A stretch of DNA of 64,000 nt from an uncultured Alphaproteobacteria bacterium. Lineage in GTDB: Bacteria; Pseudomonadota; Alphaproteobacteria; CAAHEQ01; UBA3637. Under the pieces are notes generated by a model that made no database searches, was not told the DNA's origin, and was given only the letters and a program-made list of their open reading frames with translations. Made by a program: the position numbers and the translations under genes. Below, one piece after another: positions 36,947 to 46,311 of this stretch. Numbering within the stretch: the first letter of the stretch is position 1; each line of letters begins with the position of its first letter. The DNA is taken from NCBI GenBank assembly GCA_937906925.1, contig CALCTR010000029.1, forward strand, positions 12,119 to 76,118, written 5' to 3'.

Positions 36947-37794
36947 TAAAAAATAACACTCCCCTCATTAAAAAAGTAGATAATCAATGCCGTTAATACT
37001 GCCGCAAACAACAAGCCGTCAACACGATCAAATAACCCACCATGCCCCGGTATAATATTACTTGAATCTTTTAAATTCAAGGAGCGTTTAATATACGATT
37101 CAAAAAAATCACCCGCCTGAGATACAACAGCAAGAACGCAGGCTGACCAAACCAAAACTATTTTCACCTGCTCAAAAGAAACACCATTTACCGGTGAAAG
37201 ATAATTATTAGCATTTAAATACAGGGCAAAGACATAAGCAACACCCATTGCAAAAGCAGCTCCGCCGATCAAACCTGACCATGTTTTTTTAGCACTGATT
37301 TTAGGAGCGATTTTAGGGCCACCAATACTTTTACCGACAACATACCCCCCAATATCTGTTGCCCATACAACAAAAAAGAGCCACAAAACAATTTCACGAC
37401 TGACGGAATCATTCACATAATATATATATCCCAAAGAAATCAAAGGAATACAAATGTATAATGTCCCCAATGAATATAAAAGTCTGGAGCCCGACTTATG
37501 AAAAACAAGCGTTGTACCCAACAATGCAAGCCACAAAGCAAACAAAGGACTTGACTCCGTCATAAATGCACACAAACACGCACAAACAGCCATATAAATT
37601 GTATTAACCGAAACTTTTTTATCAAACATCATCGTCCATTCCCATGCCAATCCGGCTCCAAAAACCGCTAATAAAATTGTATACAAGGGAATGGAATAAT
37701 CCATATAAAAATCCTTTCCAAACCAAATACTTCCCAAAACAACGGGAGCTAAAACAAGCGCAGAAACAACCCGTAACAACAAATTTGAATGCAT
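36946..37794 (-). CDS. cdsA: Phosphatidate cytidylyltransferase
   Basis: Polytopic membrane protein with the signature SYIKRSLNLKDSSNIIPGHGGLFDRVD. Confidence 0.93.
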   Translation of the reverse strand: MHSNLLLRVVSALVLAPVVLGSIWFGKDFYMDYSIPLYTILLAVFGAGLAWEWTMMFDKKVSVNTIYMAVCACLCAFMTESSPLFALWLALLGTTLVFHKSGSRLLYSLGTLYICIPLISLGYIYYVNDSVSREIVLWLFFVVWATDIGGYVVGKSIGGPKIAPKISAKKTWSGLIGGAAFAMGVAYVFALYLNANNYLSPVNGVSFEQVKIVLVWSACVLAVVSQAGDFFESYIKRSLNLKDSSNIIPGHGGLFDRVDGLLFAAVLTALIIYFFNEGSVIF

Positions 37795-37996
37795 TTTATT
37801 TTCCTTTCGTTTTGCTCACTATTGCAGATTTTTAATCCCCTGTCAAGTCTTTATTCCCCATTTAATTTTAGGTTTTAAAATAAAGAAAAACAAATCCTTT
37901 TTCTCTTCTTATTTTCTTTTTTAAAATAAAAGTTGTATTTTTTTTTATTTAAGGATATAGAAAGAAGAGCGGCTATTTTTATCAAAGGAAGTTATA

Positions 37997-40393
37997 ATGA
38001 ATTTTATTTTACGGATAATTTTTGGGTTTTCTTTTTCAATTTTTGGCATCATCGCATTAATCGCCTGTTTTTCTTATCATTCAACAGATGCTTCTTTTAA
38101 TACAGCAACAACAGCTCCCGTTGAAAATATTTTTGGTTTTTTCGGTGCTTGTACGGCCGATATTTTATTGCAATTTTTTGGTCTAGCCGGATTTTTAATA
38201 CCTTTTGCTTTTTTGGCACTTGGCTTAATGCTTATCAGAAAAAAAAGGTTCATTAAACTGCGTTTATCTATATTCTTAATAGGCATTTTAACTTTTTGCT
38301 GGACATTAGGCCCCTCTTTTATACCAGCAAACGGTGCTTGGATCAATGCAAAGGGAGGCGGTTTTATAGGATTCTACCTTTCGCAATGGATAGGACAAAG
38401 TCAAAATCTTGCATTTTATTTTAAAATAGGCCTTTATCTGTTAGCCGCTTCCTTTGTCATCTTAGGTTTAAATTTTCCATTCCTTAATATTTCAAAATGG
38501 CTTTCAAAATCCCTTCTTTCCAGATTTAAGAAAATTAAATTGCCTCAAACTAAAATTCTTGAATTTAAACTACCCGCTTTTAAATTGCCTCAACTTTTAA
38601 CACCGCAAACCGTTGAAGGTGTACAAGAGACTGTTCAAGTACAAAGCAATGAAGATTTAACTATAAAAGAACCAAAAGTAAAAAAAGAAAAAAGACAACT
38701 CTTTACGTTTAAGAAAAAAGAAAAAGAGCCAAGGAAAGAACGTATAGAGCCAACTTTTGAAACTTATGAGGCTTTTTCAGATTTAAATATCGCATCAAAC
38801 GATGTACAACCGAAAGAAACTGAAAATGTAAAACAAAAAGCAAAAGAGAAAAAAGAAATAACCGCTTCAACATCCCATAAAAACAAAAACAGGCTGGAAC
38901 TACCCTCTTCTTCTCTTCTTGACCCTGTTAAATCAAATAATGCACCAACCTTATCTAAAGATGTTATGCTTAAAACAAGCAAAGAACTTGAAGAAGTATT
39001 GGCTCAGTTTAGTATCACAGGAAAAGTTGTTACTGCCCATCCGGGACCGGTTGTAACACTTTATGAATTTCAGCCCTCTGCCGGCATTAAAAGTGCTAGA
39101 ATCATTACTCTTGCCGATGATATTGCCATGAAAATGAGAGTGGTATCCGTTCGTATTGCTGTCATTCCGGGTACAGATGCCGTTGGCATAGAAATGCCGA
39201 ATATTAAACGTGAAGTTGTCTATATTCGCGAGATGATTGAACATTCTCAATTTAAAAACAATACAGGTGCCTTACCGTTAATTTTAGGAAAAGATATCGG
39301 TGGAGCCCCTGTTTTTGCAGATTTGGCAAAAATGCCTCACCTTCTTGTTGCAGGTACAACAGGTTCCGGTAAATCCGTTGCCATTAACACTATGGTTCTT
39401 TCGTTGATTTACCGTTTTACACCAACAGAATGTCGCTTGATTATGGTTGACCCTAAAATGGTTGAACTTTCCGTATATAACCGAATTCCCCATTTATTAA
39501 CACCGGTTGTTGTTGATCCGGAAAAAGTCGTTATCGCTCTTAAATGGGCCGTTCGGGAAATGGAGGACAGATACACCTCTATGTCCCATCTCGGTGTCAG
39601 GAATATTGAAGGTTATAATCAAAAATTAAAACAAGCCGCACAAGAAGGCAAAAGTCTAACACGTCGTGTCCAAACAGGGTTTGACCCCGAAACAGGACGC
39701 CCTATATATGAAGAGCAGGAATTTGATTTAACACCTATTCCTTATATTGTAATTATTATTGATGAAATGGCAGATTTAATGGGTAGATGCGGCAAAGAAG
39801 TTGATCCACTTATTCAAAGATTGGCACAAATGGCTCGTGCGGTCGGCATTCACTTAATTTTAGCCACCCAACGTCCTAGTGTTGATGTTATCACAGGAAC
39901 CATCAAATCAAACTTCCCCTCTCGCATGTCATTCCAAGTTAGAAGTAAAACCGACTCTCGCACTATTTTAGATGAACACGGTGCCGAAAGATTGTTGGGT
40001 AAGGGAGATATGCTCTTTATGCCGGCTGGACAACGTCCGCAACGGGTACATGGCCCATTTGTTTCCGATAAAGATGTGGAACAGGTTGTCCACCACTGGG
40101 AAATGCAGGCAGAACCTCAATACCTCAATGCCGTAACAACAGATGTTGATGCCTCCAGTGCAGGTACTAACAGCTCTAAAGCCGATATACAAACAGGAGG
40201 AGATTTATATGATCAAGCCGTTGCTATTATTTTAAGAGATCAAAAAGTATCAACCAGTTATGTTCAAAGACAATTACGAATTGGATACAATAAAGCAGCC
40301 GATCTAATTGACAGAATGGAAGCAGAGGGTGTCATTTCAAAACCAAATATGGCCGGCAAGAGAGAAATTCTCGTTCCAACAGTTAATGCTTAA
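37997..40393 (+). CDS. ftsK: DNA translocase FtsK
   Basis: N-terminal TM domain, a K/E-rich linker, a motor domain with GTTGSGKS and IIIDEMADL, and a C-terminal gamma domain (VSTSYVQRQLRIGYNKAADLIDRME). Confidence 0.96.
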   Translation: MNFILRIIFGFSFSIFGIIALIACFSYHSTDASFNTATTAPVENIFGFFGACTADILLQFFGLAGFLIPFAFLALGLMLIRKKRFIKLRLSIFLIGILTFCWTLGPSFIPANGAWINAKGGGFIGFYLSQWIGQSQNLAFYFKIGLYLLAASFVILGLNFPFLNISKWLSKSLLSRFKKIKLPQTKILEFKLPAFKLPQLLTPQTVEGVQETVQVQSNEDLTIKEPKVKKEKRQLFTFKKKEKEPRKERIEPTFETYEAFSDLNIASNDVQPKETENVKQKAKEKKEITASTSHKNKNRLELPSSSLLDPVKSNNAPTLSKDVMLKTSKELEEVLAQFSITGKVVTAHPGPVVTLYEFQPSAGIKSARIITLADDIAMKMRVVSVRIAVIPGTDAVGIEMPNIKREVVYIREMIEHSQFKNNTGALPLILGKDIGGAPVFADLAKMPHLLVAGTTGSGKSVAINTMVLSLIYRFTPTECRLIMVDPKMVELSVYNRIPHLLTPVVVDPEKVVIALKWAVREMEDRYTSMSHLGVRNIEGYNQKLKQAAQEGKSLTRRVQTGFDPETGRPIYEEQEFDLTPIPYIVIIIDEMADLMGRCGKEVDPLIQRLAQMARAVGIHLILATQRPSVDVITGTIKSNFPSRMSFQVRSKTDSRTILDEHGAERLLGKGDMLFMPAGQRPQRVHGPFVSDKDVEQVVHHWEMQAEPQYLNAVTTDVDASSAGTNSSKADIQTGGDLYDQAVAIILRDQKVSTSYVQRQLRIGYNKAADLIDRMEAEGVISKPNMAGKREILVPTVNA

Positions 40394-40409
40394 TAACATA
40401 GGAAAAAAC

Positions 40410-41033
40410 ATGAAAAAAACAATTATATTATTTTTATCAATCATTATCTCAACACCGGCTCTGTGTGATGTTGAAAAAGCGATAGATACACCTCAAAACA
40501 GAACTATTTTAAAAAAAGTAGAAACAGCATATAATAAAATAAAAACATTAAAAGCTGAATTTGCACAATTTAATTCAAAAACAAAAAATGATTTACAAAC
40601 AGGTACATTATATATGTCCCGACCCGGAAAAATGCGACTTGTTTATCAAAAGGGTTCTCCACTAGAATTTTATGCCAATAACGGCTATTTAATTTACCAT
40701 GACAAAGATTTAAAAGAAGTCAGCTATTTTGATTTAAATCAAACACCGGTCAGTCTCATTTTAAAAAGCTCTTTAAAATTCAACGATCCTGAGTTTTTGG
40801 TAACATCCGTTAAAGACATTTTAGATGAATATAAAGTAACAGCCGTTAAAAAAGGGGCCAAAGAACTGGGATCATTAACCTTAATCATTGACAAAGAGTC
40901 CTTATTACTCAAGCAATGGGAAGTTGTTGATATGCAAGGTATTAAATCAACTGTTTCCTTATATAATATCAATCAAAACGTTTCTATTGACAAAAATCTT
41001 TTTTTATTTCAAAATCCATATGAGAAAAAATAA
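40410..41033 (+). CDS. lolA: Outer-membrane lipoprotein carrier protein LolA
   Basis: Signal peptide MKKTIILFLSIIISTPALC and LKAEFAQF...GTLYMSRPGKMRLVY. The start was moved to the ATG at 40410 (AGGA RBS) because the track ORF start lies inside ftsK. Confidence 0.8.
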   Translation: MKKTIILFLSIIISTPALCDVEKAIDTPQNRTILKKVETAYNKIKTLKAEFAQFNSKTKNDLQTGTLYMSRPGKMRLVYQKGSPLEFYANNGYLIYHDKDLKEVSYFDLNQTPVSLILKSSLKFNDPEFLVTSVKDILDEYKVTAVKKGAKELGSLTLIIDKESLLLKQWEVVDMQGIKSTVSLYNINQNVSIDKNLFLFQNPYEKK

Positions 41034-41051
41034 ATAAGAGGAGACTTATTG

Positions 41052-41843
41052 ATGAAAAAAGCCATTTTATTGGGATTAGCACTCTCATTTTTAACTTCAA
41101 CACCAGTTGTGGCTGCACCGGATCGTGATTGCCTGTATCATCCGTTACAAGAAATTATCCGCTCTGCTCGCTCCACCCAAGACATTGCACCTTGGATTAA
41201 AGATGGTGTTAATTTTAACATGAACTTTAAGTGTGGCGGTTCTATTTTGCAATTAGCCATTTTAAGAGGTAATCCGGAAGTTTTGCAGCTTTTATTAGAA
41301 AAAGGAAATATTAATCCTAATGCTCTTGTTTCCAATGAGGATTTTCCCATCAAAGGAGCTCCTCGTACATTTCCAATCGGCTTTTTTGCCGCCTATTATG
41401 CTCCCAGAGCGGATATTTTAAATCTATTTATCAAGCATGCAGGTGAATCCATTTATCAAAAAGATTCTAATGGGCAAGATATCTTATGGTATATAGAGCA
41501 AAATCCCGTTTTAAGAAAAACAGCCTTATCTGATATGCTTGTACGCAATTTATTGATTGAAGATACAAATGAATTTAATCAAAAAGAATATACAGCAAAA
41601 CAAAAAGCACTGGAGCAAGAACGTTTAGCTCAGCAAAAAAAGGCTCTTGAAGAACAATCTAAAAGAAAAACCATCAGTGATAAAAAAACAAATGAGCAAC
41701 CTCAAAAAACAATACCATCAATAAAAAAGGGTCAAAAACAAAACACACAGAAATCTTCTCAAATTATTGAAGATGATTTAGGTAACGCCTTTAATCCGAC
41801 ATCTGAAGCTAAGGTATTTGATGTAACCCGTTCAGATTTTTAA
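41052..41843 (+). CDS. Secreted ankyrin-repeat protein with K/Q-rich C-terminal tail
   Basis: Signal peptide MKKAILLGLALSFLTSTPVVAAPD. Strong ANK match GGSILQLAILRGNPEVLQLLLEKGNINPNA plus a second weaker repeat. AAGAGGAG RBS. Confidence 0.75.
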   Translation: MKKAILLGLALSFLTSTPVVAAPDRDCLYHPLQEIIRSARSTQDIAPWIKDGVNFNMNFKCGGSILQLAILRGNPEVLQLLLEKGNINPNALVSNEDFPIKGAPRTFPIGFFAAYYAPRADILNLFIKHAGESIYQKDSNGQDILWYIEQNPVLRKTALSDMLVRNLLIEDTNEFNQKEYTAKQKALEQERLAQQKKALEEQSKRKTISDKKTNEQPQKTIPSIKKGQKQNTQKSSQIIEDDLGNAFNPTSEAKVFDVTRSDF

Positions 41844-41867
41844 AAAAAAGAAACATCTTTGTTTTAT

Positions 41868-41903
41868 AAACCGAATAAAAAACTTGTTTTTTTATTCGGT
41901 TTT
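41868..41903 (+). terminator. Rho-independent terminator
   Basis: AAACCGAATAAAAAA-cttg-TTTTTTTATTCGGTTT, a long AT-rich perfect hairpin. Confidence 0.7.
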
Positions 41904-41943
41904 AAGTATAATATAATGAGGGATATTTTTTAAGAGGTTATCT

Positions 41944-43353
41944 ATGGTTTCTATACAGCAAACGGAAATGAGCAGAAAATATTTATCAAACGGCCATGTT
42001 GTTGTTTCTTATAAATTAGGGGGAACATTCTTTCATGATGAATACAAATCTTTAACAGATGCCGAAAAAAAAGACCCGACAACCGTTATTGCAAAATCTT
42101 ACAACCAAAAAGATGAAAATGGCAATTTGATGCGTGTTTATGTTAATCCTCAAAAGACAGCTCAAATATTAAGAATTGTTACCTATGATGCCAACAATAA
42201 ACCGGCTGAAGAAGTTCATTTTGATACGCATCAAAATAAAACTCTTTTAAGATATTACCACAATGGTAATTTAAATCAAGATTGGATTTTAAATCCCAAT
42301 ACCGGACAAATTAAAACAGGATATCAATATAAAAAAAATGCAGACGGAAAATATGACATCCTTTCTGTTTCAAAACCAGTTTATGCTCCAAACGGAGATC
42401 TTTCTCATACGGTTCAAACAGCCACAACAACAGACGGAAAACCGACAGGACAAATTTTACAACGTGTTTTTTACCTTTGTAATCTACCTTTTGTTCGGGC
42501 TTCTTATACTTATGACAAAAAAAATTATTCTCAACCAACAACAACCATCTTTTCATTAGAGGACGGTCAGTGGGAACCGGTAACAAACGAGGCCCTCATA
42601 GAACATCTAAACGCTATTTTTAAACGAGCCATTAACCTTGAAACGCCAGCAAAAGAGAAAACATCTGTTTTAGCACAAAATTCCGATTTAGATTTTAAAG
42701 AATTAAGCTATGAAGATGTCCAAAATTTTAAAAAAATAAATCCCTCCATTCAGGTATTATCCCCCTCTCAAGTTGAAGAAATTCCCTCAGAAGAAGAGAA
42801 AAAAGAGGCTATTAAAAATTTAACACCGGAAGAATTTTCTTTTGTTAAACAAGCCAACAACGCTGGTTATTTCGTTTCTTTTATTCCTCAAAACAGTACC
42901 GAAGAGTTTTTATTCGTGCCCTCTAAATCTCAATACAACAACGCCAATCAATCTCGCAAAAAAGAAAAGCAAAATCTAGAAACTCTATCTTATTTAGATG
43001 TATTAAATGCTAAAGAAAATTTTTGGGGATTTGGAATTGTTTCTCAAGATGAAAGTAAAAGCATACCGCTTCTACCCTCGCTTAGGCAAAACTTCTTTGA
43101 AACTCTTTCTGAAGAGGAACAAATCTTTGTTCTCAAAGCCAATTTAGCCGGTCACAATGTCGCTTTAAAAGGGGATAATGGACTTGCTTTTCTTTACATG
43201 GCTCCCAAAACAGAAATTGCACGTACCAGAATAAAAACAACACTTACAAAACTAACCAAAAATTCTGAAAATACGCTATCTGATAATTCAAGGACAACAT
43301 CTATTGATTCAAAGAGAACACCCTCTTTACAACCCAACAAACAATATACCTAA
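41944..43353 (+). CDS. Hypothetical protein with an internal ~93-aa duplication
   Basis: 469 aa. Residues ~254-328 and ~347-422 align (LSYxDVxN...L(T/S)xEExxFVxxANxAG..V...FL(F/Y)xxPK). I recognise no catalytic motif. Confidence 0.75.
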   Translation: MVSIQQTEMSRKYLSNGHVVVSYKLGGTFFHDEYKSLTDAEKKDPTTVIAKSYNQKDENGNLMRVYVNPQKTAQILRIVTYDANNKPAEEVHFDTHQNKTLLRYYHNGNLNQDWILNPNTGQIKTGYQYKKNADGKYDILSVSKPVYAPNGDLSHTVQTATTTDGKPTGQILQRVFYLCNLPFVRASYTYDKKNYSQPTTTIFSLEDGQWEPVTNEALIEHLNAIFKRAINLETPAKEKTSVLAQNSDLDFKELSYEDVQNFKKINPSIQVLSPSQVEEIPSEEEKKEAIKNLTPEEFSFVKQANNAGYFVSFIPQNSTEEFLFVPSKSQYNNANQSRKKEKQNLETLSYLDVLNAKENFWGFGIVSQDESKSIPLLPSLRQNFFETLSEEEQIFVLKANLAGHNVALKGDNGLAFLYMAPKTEIARTRIKTTLTKLTKNSENTLSDNSRTTSIDSKRTPSLQPNKQYT

Positions 43354-43372
43354 ACTATATCGGAGAATATAA

Positions 43373-44074
43373 ATGAAATTTACAGCCCGCCCTTTAAAAT
43401 CACATTTAAAAAAAGTAAAGGGCAGAAAATCATCCAGTACAAAATGGTTACAACGTCAAATAAATGACCCCTATGTTAGTGAAGCTCACCGTCTAGGTTA
43501 TCGCGGCAGAGCTGCATTTAAAATTATGCAACTGGATGACCAATTTCACTTTTTTAAACCGGGAAAACGGGTTGTTGATTTAGGTTGTGCTCCTGGCGGT
43601 TGGTCTCAAGTAGCGGTTAAGCGTGTTCACTCCACCCAAGAAAATCCATTAGTCGTCGGAATGGATTTGTTACCCGCAGATCCCATCAGTGGAGCTAAGT
43701 TGGTTCAAATGGATTTTACCCTTGATGAGGCTCCCGAAAAATTAAGAGAACTATTGGACGGCCATCAGGCAGATATTGTTATGTCAGATATGGCAGCAAA
43801 TACAACAGGTGTTCATGCATTAGATCACCTACGAATTATGAATCTGTTAGAGATGGCTTATGACTTCGCCATTCAGGTTTTAAATCCGGGCGGGGTTTTT
43901 ATTGCCAAAATCTTTCAAGGCGGAACTGAAAATCAATTTTTAGCATCAATGAAACAGCACTTCAAAGTGGTAAAACACGCCAAACCAGATGCCAGCAGAA
44001 AAGATTCTTCAGAAGTTTATGTTGTGGCTACCGGTTTTAAAGGTCTTACAGATAATAAAGAGACAAAAGCATGA
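43373..44074 (+). CDS. rlmE: 23S rRNA (uridine2552-2'-O)-methyltransferase RlmE/FtsJ
   Basis: WLQRQINDPYV..A...GYRGRAAFK and VVDLGCAPGGWSQVA motifs. Confidence 0.93.
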   Translation: MKFTARPLKSHLKKVKGRKSSSTKWLQRQINDPYVSEAHRLGYRGRAAFKIMQLDDQFHFFKPGKRVVDLGCAPGGWSQVAVKRVHSTQENPLVVGMDLLPADPISGAKLVQMDFTLDEAPEKLRELLDGHQADIVMSDMAANTTGVHALDHLRIMNLLEMAYDFAIQVLNPGGVFIAKIFQGGTENQFLASMKQHFKVVKHAKPDASRKDSSEVYVVATGFKGLTDNKETKA

Positions 44075-45180
44075 GAGAAGAAGTTATTTTAAAAACAGCA
44101 GCTGAATTATTTGATGAAATTTGCAATCAAACCAAACCGGCCGGTGAAATTATCAATCTGTTTACGCGAAGCCATAAATCATTTGGCTCAAAAGACAGAA
44201 AACTATTAACCGATACCATTTGGCAGTTAATAAGGCACAAATCTCGTTTAGAATATCTCTATCCTAATAAATCAAGTCTTGAAAAAATTTATATTTTACA
44301 GCAAAAAAATCTTGTTTTAGATGAAAATACACCTTTTCATATTAGAATGGAAATACCCGAATGGCTTACCAATAAAATAAACGCCCCTGAAAATGAATTA
44401 CCGGCTCTTTTAGAAACACCCCCTATTATTTTAAGAGCTACAAAAGAAAGAACAGTCGTGCAACAAAAACTAAAAGAAGAAGGCATTGAAACAGAGCCGA
44501 CTTTACTTTCTCCTTATGGTCTTATCTTAAAAAAAAGGATCAATCTATCCGCTTTAACAGCCTATAAAAACGGCTTAATTGAAATACAGGATGAGGCATC
44601 TCAACTCGTTGCATTAGAAACACAAATTGCTCCTAATGACACGGTCTTAGATTATTGTGCCGGTGCCGGAGGAAAATCACTTATCTTTGCACAGATGATG
44701 GCTCATAAAGGTAAAATTGTTGCACATGATATCTCACAAAGAAGTCTAGATGAACTACAAAAACGTGCCAATCGTGCTCATATAAATATTATTGAAACAA
44801 CAACCAATATACCCGCCTATCTAAAAGCAAATCCTAATGTTCAATTTTCACACGTTGTTGTAGATGCTCCTTGTTCCGGAACCGGTACTTGGCGTAGATG
44901 TCCAGATGCCAGATGGAAACTCACACTGGAGCAGTTTTCCTCTTTATTAAAAAAGCAGGCCTCTATCCTAAAAAAAGCATCCGCATTTGTTTCAAATGGT
45001 GGATTTTTAGTTTATATGACCTGTTCACTAACCAATGATGAAAACATCCTTCAGGTTAGAAAATTCTTAAGATCAAACAGCTGTTTTAAATTAAAAACAC
45101 ATCGTCAATTTTCTCCTTTCAAAACAAAGACAGACGGCCTTTTTGTTGCTATATTACAAAAAGAAAAGCAAAAACATTAA
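44071..45180 (+). CDS. rRNA cytosine-C5 methyltransferase, RsmB/Sun (NOL1/NOP2) family
   Basis: DYCAGAGGKS SAM motif, DAPCSGTGTWRRCPDARWK, and GGFLVYMTCSL with the catalytic Cys. Overlaps rlmE in an ATGA arrangement. Confidence 0.85.
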   Translation: MREEVILKTAAELFDEICNQTKPAGEIINLFTRSHKSFGSKDRKLLTDTIWQLIRHKSRLEYLYPNKSSLEKIYILQQKNLVLDENTPFHIRMEIPEWLTNKINAPENELPALLETPPIILRATKERTVVQQKLKEEGIETEPTLLSPYGLILKKRINLSALTAYKNGLIEIQDEASQLVALETQIAPNDTVLDYCAGAGGKSLIFAQMMAHKGKIVAHDISQRSLDELQKRANRAHINIIETTTNIPAYLKANPNVQFSHVVVDAPCSGTGTWRRCPDARWKLTLEQFSSLLKKQASILKKASAFVSNGGFLVYMTCSLTNDENILQVRKFLRSNSCFKLKTHRQFSPFKTKTDGLFVAILQKEKQKH

Positions 45181-45193
45181 ATAAAAAAAACAC

Positions 45194-45222
45194 TTGACAA
45201 ATAATGTAATTTCTAATAGAAT
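45194..45222 (+). promoter_or_regulatory. Sigma70 promoter of the GT52-like gene
   Basis: TTGACA, 17-nt spacer, TAGAAT, about 30 nt upstream of the ATG. Confidence 0.6.
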
Positions 45223-45251
45223 ATTCATCCAAAGAAAGGAAGAATGTTAAT

Positions 45252-46223
45252 ATGATTTCACGTTTTTTTATTGCAAACTCAGCTTACTCACTTTTACAAT
45301 ATTCACTCGCTTTTACAGATAAAATAGATGAGACATGCTTTTTATGTGGCCCCGCCATTGCTGAAAACAACTTAAAATCCAAAATTACTTTTAAGCTACC
45401 ACCCAAAATTTTTACTGATGATTATATCCGATCATTCATAGACAAACTGGATGGCAAATTAATGGGATTTGAAATTCCTTTTTATGGTAACTTGGTTACA
45501 CCATATGCAAAAGAAATCAGCCAACTCTATCCTTTCTATTCTTTATCAGATGGTGCCAGCGATTCGCACATGGTTGAAAAACATTTGGCAAATCAAAATG
45601 TTATAAAATGTTATACCACAAAACTTGGTCATGATATTGAAAAAAGCGAAAATCCTAAACTTGTTGTCCATGACTTAAAAACGTTATGGAAAGAGAAATC
45701 ACCTGCCGAAAAAGAAAAAATTGCTTCTATTTTTAGTGTAGAACCCGATTCTTTGAAATTATTAGAGCAAAAATCCGTTATCTTAATTACACAACCTTTA
45801 AGTGAGGACGGCATCATTTCAGAAAAAGAAAAAGTATCTCTTTATAAGAGCATTTTAGAAAATTATGATATCAATGATATTGTGATAAAACCTCATCCAA
45901 GAGAAAAAACAAATTGGGCAGAGATTTTTCCGAATGTACCTATCATAACAAGACGCGTACCGGCAGAATTATTAGCAATGATGGTTGAACCTAAAAACGT
46001 TGTAACATTCTATTCAACTGCAGCTTTTTCACTTTGTCCTCCTGAACGAGTTGATATTTATTCAAAAGACTTTTCAAAACTCACTTTTGCACATCCGGGT
46101 CAAAATATGGGAACAGTTCCTTATGTTGATATTGAACAAACATACAAACACCGCCCGTTTAACTGGCAAAGAATCCCTCTAAAAATGTTTTACCGTGATG
46201 AAGACAAAAGAGTCCGTTCTTAA
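45252..46223 (+). CDS. Glycosyltransferase family 52-like protein (LOS sialyl/glycosyltransferase family)
   Basis: 323 aa. The pattern RFFIANSAYSLLQ..., VILITQPLSEDG, VIKPHPREK and VVTFYSTAAFSL resembles my recollection of Neisseria Lst / GT52 blocks (IFCYTILQ, LLGSPD, APHPRQ, YTFFSGAAL). Confidence 0.5.
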   Translation: MISRFFIANSAYSLLQYSLAFTDKIDETCFLCGPAIAENNLKSKITFKLPPKIFTDDYIRSFIDKLDGKLMGFEIPFYGNLVTPYAKEISQLYPFYSLSDGASDSHMVEKHLANQNVIKCYTTKLGHDIEKSENPKLVVHDLKTLWKEKSPAEKEKIASIFSVEPDSLKLLEQKSVILITQPLSEDGIISEKEKVSLYKSILENYDINDIVIKPHPREKTNWAEIFPNVPIITRRVPAELLAMMVEPKNVVTFYSTAAFSLCPPERVDIYSKDFSKLTFAHPGQNMGTVPYVDIEQTYKHRPFNWQRIPLKMFYRDEDKRVRS

Positions 46224-46232
46224 AAATTAAAA

Positions 46233-46264
46233 GAAACCCACTTTAAAAGTGGGTTTCTTTTTTT
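46233..46264. terminator. Bidirectional terminator between the GT52-like gene and gpmI
   Basis: GAAACCCAC-tttaaaa-GTGGGTTTC followed by T7, with an A-rich stretch upstream. Confidence 0.8.
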
Positions 46265-46311
46265 AATCAACGAAAGTTAAAGAAATAACTCTTTAATTTT
46301 AAAAAGACAAT

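Noticed and set aside
41944-42640. YD/RHS or MORN repeat assignment for the N-terminal part of the 469-aa protein
   Set aside because: Only two or three loose matches (YYHNGNL, GYQYKKNADGKYD) were found. That is too weak to call by eye, and it needs a profile search.
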